Source: Nitrospinaceae bacterium
Lineage (GTDB): Bacteria > Nitrospinota > Nitrospinia > Nitrospinales > Nitrospinaceae
DNA length: 64,000 nt
Assembly (NCBI GenBank): GCA_965223665.1
Contig: OZ245011.1
Coordinates: forward strand, 2,688,001 to 2,752,000
Direction: 5' to 3'
In this document: positions 1 through 14,025 of the stretch, in pieces
Layout: the number at the start of each line of letters is the position of its first letter
Numbering within the stretch: the stretch's first letter is position 1
The notes under the pieces: generated by a model
What the model saw: the letters and a program-made list of their open reading frames with translations, nothing else
Database searches by the model: none
What the model was told of the DNA's origin: nothing
Translations under genes and position numbers: made by a program

Positions 1-1
1 A

Positions 2-739
2 AGGGCCGATCAAGAATTGTTTTCAACTACCATGGCTCAATCTTTGCTCATCGCAAAAATTGGAAACTCCCGTGTCGTGCTCATGCGCGCCGCACGTGAG
101 GGAAAAGTTTCGCCCACACCTTTAAAAGAAGCTGCCAACAAATTAGCGGCATTAATTAAAGACATTCCAAACCAAAAAACATTGTCCTCGCTACGTGGCA
201 GAGAAGGCGAAGCTGCAAAAATATACTTTAATGTATTCGACTCCTTGATCACCAAAAATAAAAATACTTTCTTTTTTAAAGAAAGAAACCGACGTCCTCC
301 GTTGGACAATGTAAACTCCCTTCTCTCATTTTTATATACCCTGCTAGCGCATGATGTCACCTCTGCATTGGAGGGAGTGGGACTCGACCCTGCAGTAGGG
401 TTTTTACATCGAGATCGGCCCGGACGCCCTAGCTTGGCCCTGGACCTGATGGAGGAGTTCCGACCTTACTTAGCGGATCGATTGGCTTTGGCACTGATCA
501 ATCTCCAACAAGTACAACCCAAAGGATTTCGAAAAACCGAGACCGGAGCCATTCTAATGGACGATGAAACCCGAAAGACCGTTTTAGTGGCTTATCAAAA
601 ACGAAAGCAAGAAGAAATTAAGCATCCCTTTCTAGGCGAAAAAGTAGCAGTGGGTTTGTTACCACACATTCAGGCTCAGTTATTAGCCAGACATTTACGC
701 GGCGACTTGGATGTGTATCCGCCGTTTTTTTGGAAATGA
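2..739 (+). CDS. cas1: CRISPR-associated endonuclease Cas1, type I-C (5'-partial; frame open from window edge)
   Basis: Motifs LRGREGEAA, RNRRPPLDNVNSLLSFLY, GLDPAVGFLH, SLALDLMEEFR and the I-C-like C-terminus YPPFFWK. Confidence 0.95.
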   Translation, partial: RADQELFSTTMAQSLLIAKIGNSRVVLMRAAREGKVSPTPLKEAANKLAALIKDIPNQKTLSSLRGREGEAAKIYFNVFDSLITKNKNTFFFKERNRRPPLDNVNSLLSFLYTLLAHDVTSALEGVGLDPAVGFLHRDRPGRPSLALDLMEEFRPYLADRLALALINLQQVQPKGFRKTETGAILMDDETRKTVLVAYQKRKQEEIKHPFLGEKVAVGLLPHIQAQLLARHLRGDLDVYPPFFWK

Positions 740-773
740 TTATGAAAACTGTGCCCAAAAAGGAAACTGCCCA

Positions 774-1064
774 ATGATGGTTCTAGTCACTTACGATGTC
801 AATACTGAAACAACAGCAGGAAGAAAACGGTTGCGCCGCGTTGCCAAAACCTGTGAAAACTATGGCCAACGAGTCCAACACTCCGTTTTCGAATGCCTGG
901 TCGACCCCACACAATGGACACAACTCAGCCATACATTAGTGAATGAAATAGACAAGAAAAAGGACAGCTTACGCTTTTACTATTTAGGAAAAAACTGGGA
1001 ACGCCGTGTAGAGCATATCGGAGCAAAACCAACTTATAACCCGGAGGGACCCTTAATAATATAA
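774..1064 (+). CDS. cas2: CRISPR-associated endoribonuclease Cas2
   Basis: MMVLVTYDV...RLRRVAKTC..YGQRVQHSVFEC...DSLRFYYLG; AAGGA RBS before the ATG at 774. Confidence 0.95.
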   Translation: MMVLVTYDVNTETTAGRKRLRRVAKTCENYGQRVQHSVFECLVDPTQWTQLSHTLVNEIDKKKDSLRFYYLGKNWERRVEHIGAKPTYNPEGPLII

Positions 1065-1245
1065 TCGAGCGCGAACCCCTAATGAGGGTCAAAAGCCTAC
1101 TAGGTTCGCGGATAATTAAACTCTTTGAAAAAAAAGGTGAAAATATCGATAATTTTTAAACAATAGAAATAATTGAAAGGTGAAAACGAAGTTAGCGAAA
1201 AAGGAGGATAAAGCCGAAAATAATCAAAAGCTTAGGTATTATACT
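1065..1245 (+). promoter_or_regulatory. CRISPR leader
   Basis: AT-rich non-coding stretch between cas2 and the first repeat; inverted repeat CGCGAACC (1070-1077) / GGTTCGCG (1103-1110). Confidence 0.85.
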
Positions 1246-6627
<5,382 letters not shown>

Positions 6628-6683
6628 AACATTAATTCAGGTTTTTGCCAAGACATTTTGGACCTCATAAAACACGCTTCCTT

Positions 6684-7892
6684 TTATGTTTGTTTCGATA
6701 GATAATTAAATTCAAGGTCAACTTTAATTTTATCTAAATAATCCGCCCAGTCTTGCATCATCTTTTTACGTTCGGGGAGGTGGGCGGTGCGGTTATAGGC
6801 GCGTCCGTTGGGATCGCGTACGGCGTGGGCGAGTTGGTGCTCGATAAAATCGGGACGAACGCCTAACACCTCGTCTAGTATGGTTCGGGCCATTGCCCGA
6901 AATCCGTGACCACTCATTTCTTCTTTTCCAATTCCCATCCTTCGCATCGCCGCTAAAATCGCATTATCGCTCATCGGTCTGTCTTTACTCCGCGTACCTG
7001 GAAAAACAAAACGACCATTTCCCGTAAGAGGTTTTAATTCTCTCAAAATTTCCAAAGCTTGTCTGGATAATGGAACAATATGTTGTGATCTAGTTTTGGT
7101 CACCATGAAACGCCACTCTGCTTTTTCTAAATCTATGTCTGCCCATTCTGCTTTGCGAAGTTCCCCTGGTCTCACGAACACCAACGGAGCAAGCCGCAAT
7201 GCACAACGGACAATGAGAGAACCTTCATAACCATCCATCACTCGCAAAAGTTTTGCCACTTCTCCGGGTTCAGTCACCGCGGGAAAATGACCTCCTTTCA
7301 CAGGAGTCAATGCTCCACGAAGATCACGAGTGGGATCACTTTCCGCCCGTCCTGTAGCCACAGCATAACGAAAGACTTGACCGCAATTTCCTAATGCACG
7401 GTGCGCGGTTTCTATGGCTCCGCGTTTTTCGATACGTTGAATGACAGTGAGAATTTCCGGGGGTTTTAGTTTTCCAATTGAAGTTTCCCCAATCCAGGGA
7501 AAGATATCTTTTTCAAAACGACGGATAATTCGACTGCCGTGGTCCGGTGCCCAGTTACTGGAATATTTAGAAAACCATTCCCTCGCCACCACTTCAAAAC
7601 TGTTTTTTCCATCAGCCCCGGAGGCCTTTTGGGCTTTCCGGTACTCGCTAGGATCAATGCCATTGGCGACTAGCTTCCGGGCCTCATCCCGTCGCTCCCG
7701 CGCATCCTTTAAACTCACATCAGGAAACACCCCAAGAGATAACTGCTTTTCCTTACCATTGAATCTGTATTTCAATCTCCACCACTTCCCCCCTGAAGGA
7801 GAAATAAAAAGCAACAATCCCCGCTCATCATAGAGTTTATATGATTTTTTTCCAGGCATGGCTTTTCGAACAGCAATATTCGTCAGAGGCAT
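6684..7892 (-). CDS. P4-family tyrosine recombinase (integrase) with N-terminal arm-DNA-binding domain
   Basis: N-terminal KLYDERGL..GGKWWRLKYRFNGKEKQLSLGVFP; catalytic motifs VRPGELR, HGFR, HQLAH, RAYNR all present. Confidence 0.95.
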   Translation of the reverse strand: MPLTNIAVRKAMPGKKSYKLYDERGLLLFISPSGGKWWRLKYRFNGKEKQLSLGVFPDVSLKDARERRDEARKLVANGIDPSEYRKAQKASGADGKNSFEVVAREWFSKYSSNWAPDHGSRIIRRFEKDIFPWIGETSIGKLKPPEILTVIQRIEKRGAIETAHRALGNCGQVFRYAVATGRAESDPTRDLRGALTPVKGGHFPAVTEPGEVAKLLRVMDGYEGSLIVRCALRLAPLVFVRPGELRKAEWADIDLEKAEWRFMVTKTRSQHIVPLSRQALEILRELKPLTGNGRFVFPGTRSKDRPMSDNAILAAMRRMGIGKEEMSGHGFRAMARTILDEVLGVRPDFIEHQLAHAVRDPNGRAYNRTAHLPERKKMMQDWADYLDKIKVDLEFNYLSKQT

Positions 7893-8359
7893 GAAGTCTC
7901 CTTGGAGTTAACCGCTTTTGTGGCATCCAAAAAAGTACGAAGCTCTAAAGTTTCTGCAGGAGTTAAAATCACACAGCGTTTACCCATTCGAAAGGAAAGC
8001 GCCCCGTCGTTATCGATAGCAAATCGAGTTTCTGCCATTTGCCTATCTTCTTCAGCACGTCTGGCCTCACGTTCCATTTTCACATGTTCACTAGGATTAA
8101 TCCCTTCCTTCAAAAGAGTTAGAAAAAAATCTCTTTTTTCCCTAGCTTCATCAAGTGATACCTCAGGGTAGATACCAAGCGAAAGCAATTTTTCCTTATT
8201 TCCATACCGATACCTGAACCGCCACAATTTCCTTCCCACAGGAGGAATCATTAGATAAAGGCCCCCTGAATCAAAAATTTTGTACGGTCTATTTGTCCGA
8301 TGACCCTTGGAATTAATTCCCGGTAGGGAAGCTTCAATGATTTCAGTGGTTAATGACAT
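7883..8359 (-). CDS. Stand-alone integrase arm-DNA-binding domain protein (Arm-DNA-bind_3/DUF4102-like) with unrelated C-terminal extension
   Basis: YKIFDSGGLYL..GRKLWRFRYRYGNKEKLLSLGIYPEVSLDEARE aligns by eye to the N-terminus of the adjacent integrase; no catalytic domain; stop overlaps the integrase start. Confidence 0.85.
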   Translation of the reverse strand: MSLTTEIIEASLPGINSKGHRTNRPYKIFDSGGLYLMIPPVGRKLWRFRYRYGNKEKLLSLGIYPEVSLDEAREKRDFFLTLLKEGINPSEHVKMEREARRAEEDRQMAETRFAIDNDGALSFRMGKRCVILTPAETLELRTFLDATKAVNSKETSCL

Positions 8360-8361
8360 AA

Positions 8362-8412
8362 TTGGGGCAACTCCATTTCCCAGCTTGGGGGAACCCTGAT
8401 AGTTCCCCCCAA
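8362..8412. repeat. Direct and inverted TTGGGG(G/C)AAC motifs, candidate integrase arm-type sites
   Basis: TTGGGGCAAC 8362-8371, TTGGGGGAAC 8385-8394, inverted GTTCCCCCCAA 8402-8412. Confidence 0.55.
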
Positions 8413-8461
8413 AATTACTAGGATTTCATGAAACAATATTATCTCTTATCAGACTCAAATG

Positions 8462-8493
8462 CAATAAAAAACCCCTATTTTACTAGGGGTTTT
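8462..8493 (-). terminator. Rho-independent terminator downstream of ssrA
   Basis: Stem AAAACCCCTA (8468-8477) / TAGGGGTTTT (8484-8493), running into a U-tract on the minus strand. Confidence 0.7.
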
Positions 8494-8524
8494 GGACTTC
8501 TTTGGATTTTATTGGATTAAATTT

Positions 8525-8883
8525 TGGTGGAGGCGGGGGGAATTGAACCCCCGTCCGAAAGTCTTCCACGAAAAGTCTCTACATGCTTATCCTGCGATTT
8601 GAATCTCGTCCAAGCTAACTCCCACAGGCAGGATTCCACTTGAACCAGTCTCTAAAAATTCGCTCTAAACTCCCGAGACAAAAAGCCAAGAACTAGTCCG
8701 CAAAAATGACGTCCCTCTCGGCCCCGCGAACAAAAACCGAGTGGACGGTAGCGGGTTTATTAAGCCGCTACTGCTACTTCATAATCGTTGGCGATTATGT
8801 AATATGCCGTTTTTTAACGGGCCAACGGCGTCCCGTGCATGCAACCTTTGCTTCTTTACTCCCGTCGAACCCAAATCGCCCCC
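8525..8883 (-). ncRNA. ssrA: tmRNA; tag peptide ANDYEVAVAA* encoded at 8792-8760
   Basis: 5' GGGGGCGATTTGGGTTCGAC; 3' T-arm GGGGGTTCAATTCCCCC and CGCCTCCACCA; G3-U alanine wobble in the acceptor stem; internal tag ORF ending in AA. Confidence 0.95.
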
Positions 8884-9077
8884 AATGGGGATTTTCTTTG
8901 GTATGAAAGGTCTTATAATCATAATATCATTTCCACAGATAACTTGCCAATTTGCGGTACTTCCGACAGGTAATTCTCAAGGAAAACATCGAAAATACCG
9001 TTGATTCTATGAGAGATACCTTAAACCAAAGATAAACAAACTTCCCGTTTTTTTCAGGGAGTTGCTTCGCAAATTCA

Positions 9078-10277
9078 TTGAATATTCTCACTTTACAATA
9101 CTTTTCCTTCCCAGATGCAATGGGTGGTGCCTGGCGCTATTCCTTTGAAGTAGCTCGTGGATTGGCCGATCGCGGTCATTCAGTCCATCTCATCACATGC
9201 AAACCGGAAGATGGATTAAGCGACCTTGAAGTCATCGATGGTGTGAGTTTTTACCGAATTAAAACCAAAGCAAGACAAAACATTTTCTCGTTATTTCGGG
9301 AATTAAGAAAAAAAGTGAAGACCATTACAAAGCACACCAGGATCGATCTTATCCATATTCATAATCCTTTAGTGGGTTTTCTTGTGGACCTTATCCCTAT
9401 GCTATGGGGAGTGCCCCGAGTTTATCACTTTCATAGCCTTTGGAACGATGAGGAAAAATATAATTTTAAAGGATCCTCTTATTCGATGAGTCAAAAATTC
9501 CGTCTGTTAATGATTCAACTCATTGAGTGGCATAGTTTTTTTTGGAGTCGGGCTGTCTTGTTTTTGAGTAATTACAGCAAAAAACGATTTAACAAATTTT
9601 ATCCATTTGGGAAAAGCAAATCCATGGTTGTTCAAGGGGGAGTCGATACAAAACGATTTTCTCCATTAAACGGCAAACAAACAAAAGGAAATTTAAGAAA
9701 AGATTTTAAAATCTTAGTTACCCCATTTACATTTCTTACGGTAAGACGATTAGAAGCAAGGATGGGATTAGACAATTTAATTCGAGCGGTTTCCCACCTT
9801 AAAAAACGCATTCCTAAAAAAAAATTCCAAGTGTTAATAGTGGGTTCAGGTTCATTAAAAAATTCATTGCTATCTCTGATTAAGGAGCTTGAGTTGGAAA
9901 GGCAGATAAAATTATGCGGAAAAGTTCCAGATTCTCAGCTTCCAAAATACTACCAGGCGGCAGACTTTTTTATATTGCCCACTTTAGCTATTGAAGGTTT
10001 TGGGCTTGCAACAGCGGAGGCTCTTTCTTCCGGTTTGCCAGCTTTGGGGACTCCCGTGGGTGCCACTCCTGAATTATTAGAACCCATTAACCCCCAATTG
10101 ATCTTCAAGGGGACGCAACCTGAAGATTTAGCGTCAGGAATGGAAACCGTTTTAAAAAATCCGAAACAGTTTACATCGATGTCCAAAAAGTGCAGAACTA
10201 TTGCAGTAAAAAATTATGGATGGGATACGGTAGTGGATAAAATCGAATCTGAATTTAAAAGGATAATGGCAAAGTGA
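9078..10277 (+). CDS. Glycosyltransferase family 4 (GT-B fold)
   Basis: MGGAWRY, TVRRLEARMGLDNL, EGFGLATAEALSSG motifs. Confidence 0.9.
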   Translation: MNILTLQYFSFPDAMGGAWRYSFEVARGLADRGHSVHLITCKPEDGLSDLEVIDGVSFYRIKTKARQNIFSLFRELRKKVKTITKHTRIDLIHIHNPLVGFLVDLIPMLWGVPRVYHFHSLWNDEEKYNFKGSSYSMSQKFRLLMIQLIEWHSFFWSRAVLFLSNYSKKRFNKFYPFGKSKSMVVQGGVDTKRFSPLNGKQTKGNLRKDFKILVTPFTFLTVRRLEARMGLDNLIRAVSHLKKRIPKKKFQVLIVGSGSLKNSLLSLIKELELERQIKLCGKVPDSQLPKYYQAADFFILPTLAIEGFGLATAEALSSGLPALGTPVGATPELLEPINPQLIFKGTQPEDLASGMETVLKNPKQFTSMSKKCRTIAVKNYGWDTVVDKIESEFKRIMAK

Positions 10278-12337
10278 AAAAAGCAATGCCATATTTAATC
10301 CTGACCTTAGCTATTGGGGCTCTCTATGGAAATACCCTATCACATTCATTTCATTACGATGATTTCCCATCGATATTGGAGAAACCCTGGATTCGCGGTT
10401 TGGATAAAATCCCCACCTTTATCACCAACATTTCAATCCGCCCTGTTGTAATTTTTACATTCAATCTGAATTATGCAATCAGTGAGTTTGAAGTTTGGAG
10501 TTATCATCTTTTCAATATATTGATTCACTTAGCGGTGGTTTTACTGATTTACCTTTTTACTAAGTTGATGGTTAATTTCCTTCACAGAACACAACCCAGT
10601 TTTCCATGGACATGGAAAAACGTGCCATTTATAGCTTCTTTCATATTTGCTATTCATCCCCTAAATACACAAGCTGTTACGTATATTTCGGGGCGTTCTT
10701 CTTTATTGGCTACAGTGTTCTTTTTAGCCACTTGTATATTATTTTTTAAAGGGTTTCCAAATAACCCTCAATCAAAAGAAAACTTTTCATTAAATCCTTC
10801 TACACTTAAATCCACTCTTTACTTTTTTTCCGCGATGGTTTGCTTAATTCTTGGGGGACTATCGAAGATAATTGTGATCACTTTGCCGGCTATTTTATTT
10901 CTTTGCCACTTCTATTTTTATTCGGAAAAAACTTTTCGTAATTGGATAACCACAGCTTATGTGCCCATCCTACTGATTGCCATGCCAATGGCTGCGTTTA
11001 TTGCTTATCGTTTTTTTTCAAAAGGTGGCATTCTACCTACAGGACCTACAGAGTTTTCCGCTTCCACTTATTTTTTAACTCAAACTTTTGTCATTCCTTT
11101 TGAGTATTTTTGGAAAATGCTCTTTCCCATCAATCAAAGCATTGAAGTGCATTACCCTATTATTTCAAATTGGAGTACCATCACGAACTATATTGGGTTG
11201 AGTGTATTAGGTATATTTGTAGCTATAACTTTTTGGGTATCTTCAATTTCAAGATTAGCAGGTTTCGGGTTGATGTGGATGTTCGTTACTGTTTTGCCAA
11301 CATCCAGTTTTGTTCCACTGCTTGATGTGGCTGTGGAGCATCGAACTTATTTACCCTTAATTGGTTTCTCTATTTTCTTTGCCACAACTATTAATGGAAT
11401 CATTCAAATTTTTAAAAACTCAGCTTTGAAGCGAAATTTTGCTTACGGATTTTGCGGATTTTTAGGAATTTGCATGGCGACATTACTGGTTCACCGAAAT
11501 TCAGTATGGAAAGATGATGTTTCCTTGTGGACAGATGCCAGAAGAAAAGCCCCACGGTTGGTTCGAGTGTACAACAATCTCGGAGAAGCTTACGATAAGT
11601 TAAGCCGATACCCGGAAGCTATTGAAGAATTTCAAGCCGCCTTAAAATTAGATCCCAATTACGTTTTTGCTTTAAATAATTTAGGAAACATTTATGGAAA
11701 AATGAATTACTTTAGTAAGGCTATTCCCTATTTCAAAAAAGTGATATCCATAAAAGAGAGATATGCCCCGGCACATTACAATTTGGCCAGAGCTTATCAA
11801 TCAACGAATCAAAATGAAAAGGCTCTAATTCATTACAGGAAAGCAATAGATATCATCCCGCACTTCGAGCAGGCCATTTACAACTATGCGCTACTTGCAA
11901 TACAGATCAAAAAACCAAAAATTGCAGTGGAATACTTTTATAAGTTTATTGAATTACAACCAAACAATGTAAGAGGATATTTTGGATTAGGAAATGCATA
12001 CGCCTATTCAAATCAGTTTGATCAAGCAATACAAATATTTAAAAAAGGAATTGAAATCGACCCGAATTACTTATTAACATATGTTAATTTGGCCACAGCT
12101 CAAATGCAGTCAGGAAAAATCAAAGAGGCCATATCTACCTATCAGCAAATTCTAAATAAAAACCCCGGTATTGCCGGTGTGCATAAAAATTTAGGTTTAA
12201 TTTATGCGCAACACCAACCCAACATCCAAAAAGCCATTTATCATTTTGAAAAATCCCTGCACTTGGATCCTAAACAACCAGAAGCCCCTATTATTCAAAA
12301 TGTATTATTGGAAATGAAAAACCAACCCAAACAATAA
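10274..12337 (+). CDS. TMTC-like membrane protein: GT-C-type transmembrane domain plus C-terminal TPR repeats (putative protein O-mannosyltransferase)
   Basis: FHYDD, RP, YHLFNILIH, FAIHPLNTQAVTYISGRS, EHRTYLP, RNSVW motifs followed by multiple TPRs. Confidence 0.8.
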   Translation: MKKAMPYLILTLAIGALYGNTLSHSFHYDDFPSILEKPWIRGLDKIPTFITNISIRPVVIFTFNLNYAISEFEVWSYHLFNILIHLAVVLLIYLFTKLMVNFLHRTQPSFPWTWKNVPFIASFIFAIHPLNTQAVTYISGRSSLLATVFFLATCILFFKGFPNNPQSKENFSLNPSTLKSTLYFFSAMVCLILGGLSKIIVITLPAILFLCHFYFYSEKTFRNWITTAYVPILLIAMPMAAFIAYRFFSKGGILPTGPTEFSASTYFLTQTFVIPFEYFWKMLFPINQSIEVHYPIISNWSTITNYIGLSVLGIFVAITFWVSSISRLAGFGLMWMFVTVLPTSSFVPLLDVAVEHRTYLPLIGFSIFFATTINGIIQIFKNSALKRNFAYGFCGFLGICMATLLVHRNSVWKDDVSLWTDARRKAPRLVRVYNNLGEAYDKLSRYPEAIEEFQAALKLDPNYVFALNNLGNIYGKMNYFSKAIPYFKKVISIKERYAPAHYNLARAYQSTNQNEKALIHYRKAIDIIPHFEQAIYNYALLAIQIKKPKIAVEYFYKFIELQPNNVRGYFGLGNAYAYSNQFDQAIQIFKKGIEIDPNYLLTYVNLATAQMQSGKIKEAISTYQQILNKNPGIAGVHKNLGLIYAQHQPNIQKAIYHFEKSLHLDPKQPEAPIIQNVLLEMKNQPKQ

Positions 12338-12399
12338 TCTTAAACCCATAAACAAAGTTCATTGAGAAAAATACGGAAAAAAAGTGTTTTCAAAATTCT

Positions 12400-13167
12400 C
12401 TAAGGCGTGAATCGTGTAAATTTACTTTCCAACCAGTTGACTCCTTTTGCCAAAAGAAGAGTAAGGAACAAATAGACCAGGGCAATATAGGTGTAGGTTT
12501 CAAAATAGTTAAAATGTTTGGTCACATATTCATTACCTACTCTCAAAATATCTGAAATTGCTAAAACAGAAATCAAACTTGTATCCTTTAACATTCCCAA
12601 AGTTTGGTTTCCAATAGCTGGAATAATAGTCCTCAACGCTTGCGGGAAAACGATTTTAACCATTACTTGTTTTGAGGTCATCCCTAAACTCCGGGCTGCT
12701 TCGCCCTGTTCTTTGGGAATAGCTTCAATTCCTGCTCTGAAAACATCTGACATATAAGCTCCATAGCTCAATCCAAAACCAAGAATCGCCGCCATGAGCT
12801 TTGGAATTTGAATTAACTCCCCCAGCGCATAATATAAGTAAAACAGGAGCACCAGAAGCGGCATCCCCCGTAAAACTTCGGTATAAAGAGAAGCCGAAAA
12901 CCGGACTTCCTTCCTGGAGGACATTTTTCCCAAGCCTACAAATATTCCAATTAATATCGCAAAAAAACTTCCAGAAAGAGTCACTCCCAAAGTATATCCA
13001 ATCCCAATGGGCAATACTTTTAGCAAACCTAAATAACCGGCAGATTCATCTTTTAATAGAAAAGATTCTTTAGCTGGTAGATAGATCAAAAGAAAAAAAC
13101 TAACTAAAATTAAAATGTTCCAGGCAATGGAAGAATGAGTTGAAGTGGTTTTTTTCGAAGATTTCAT
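12400..13167 (-). CDS. Polar amino-acid ABC transporter permease
   Basis: LRGMPLLVLL, EAA-like loop FRAGIEAIPKEQGEAARSLG, KDTSL; start set at ATG 13167. Confidence 0.9.
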   Translation of the reverse strand: MKSSKKTTSTHSSIAWNILILVSFFLLIYLPAKESFLLKDESAGYLGLLKVLPIGIGYTLGVTLSGSFFAILIGIFVGLGKMSSRKEVRFSASLYTEVLRGMPLLVLLFYLYYALGELIQIPKLMAAILGFGLSYGAYMSDVFRAGIEAIPKEQGEAARSLGMTSKQVMVKIVFPQALRTIIPAIGNQTLGMLKDTSLISVLAISDILRVGNEYVTKHFNYFETYTYIALVYLFLTLLLAKGVNWLESKFTRFTP

Positions 13168-13198
13168 TTTTATAAAAATGCTGGGAGGGAAAAATTTT

Positions 13199-14023
13199 TT
13201 AAGATTTGGGCTGATTTTTTGGGACCATAGCGGCACGACCCAATTCCCATTTCGTGTGCAAGTCCTGCACAGTTCCATTCTGAATCAATTTACCCAATGC
13301 TTTGTCGATGGATTTTAAAAGAAGATTGTCCTTTTTTCTAACAGCAATCCCATAATACTCATTTGTCAAAATATCTCCCACCATTTTAATTTTTTTAAAA
13401 ATCGCATTTTCATTTTTCTTATAATAAAGAGTCCCTGTACTTTCTCCTAATACGGCATCCACTTCTCCTTTAATTAAATCCTGAATAGCGTGACCGTACT
13501 GTTCGTACCCAACACTGCGAACCCCTGAATGATCCTTTAAATAGAAATAAGCTGTTGTTCCACGTTGAGCGGCCACCAACAGGTTTTTCTCCTGCAAATC
13601 TTTCATTGTTGATATCCCCTCGCTATCCAGACGGACAACAATGGAAAGACCACTTTTTAAATACGGAATGGAAAATGCCATTTTTTCTTTACGTTCTTTT
13701 AAAATGGTAATTGAGCTAATTGCTGCATTATATTTTTGGGTTAACAATCCCCCCAAAAGACCAGCCCACTCTACATTTACAATTTCCAGTCCTACCCCCA
13801 TTTCCTTTGCAATGGCAGTAATTAAATCTTTTTCAAATCCATCAATTTTATTTTGGTCATTTATAAAAGACATGGGAACAAGAGTGGCATCGGTAGCAAC
13901 AACAATTTTATCAGGCAATTCTTGAGAACCGGGACCGCAACCCATTAACCCTATTAATCCAGTAATCAAAAAAACAAAAAAGTAATTCAACAAGGGTTCA
14001 ATTTGATAAAAATGTTTTGGCAT
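13199..14023 (-). CDS. Amino-acid ABC transporter substrate-binding lipoprotein (SBP family 3)
   Basis: Lipobox-like LMGC; DGFEKDL, SSITILKER..FSIPY, EYYGIAVRK. Confidence 0.88.
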   Translation of the reverse strand: MPKHFYQIEPLLNYFFVFLITGLIGLMGCGPGSQELPDKIVVATDATLVPMSFINDQNKIDGFEKDLITAIAKEMGVGLEIVNVEWAGLLGGLLTQKYNAAISSITILKERKEKMAFSIPYLKSGLSIVVRLDSEGISTMKDLQEKNLLVAAQRGTTAYFYLKDHSGVRSVGYEQYGHAIQDLIKGEVDAVLGESTGTLYYKKNENAIFKKIKMVGDILTNEYYGIAVRKKDNLLLKSIDKALGKLIQNGTVQDLHTKWELGRAAMVPKNQPKS

Positions 14024-14025
14024 TT

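Noticed and set aside
7691-7703. GTCGCTCCCGCGC inside the integrase matches the start of the CRISPR repeat
   Set aside because: Only 9 bp exact, and explained by the codons of the conserved ARERR motif on the coding strand.
6684-7892. Idea that the integrase is an RNA-guided (CAST-like) effector of the array
   Set aside because: No tnsABC/tniQ, no atypical homing spacer and no spacer matching ssrA were seen; the integrase looks like an ordinary site-specific P4-type enzyme.
8706-9004. Plus-strand ORFs overlapping ssrA
   Set aside because: Antisense to the tmRNA with no recognisable protein features.
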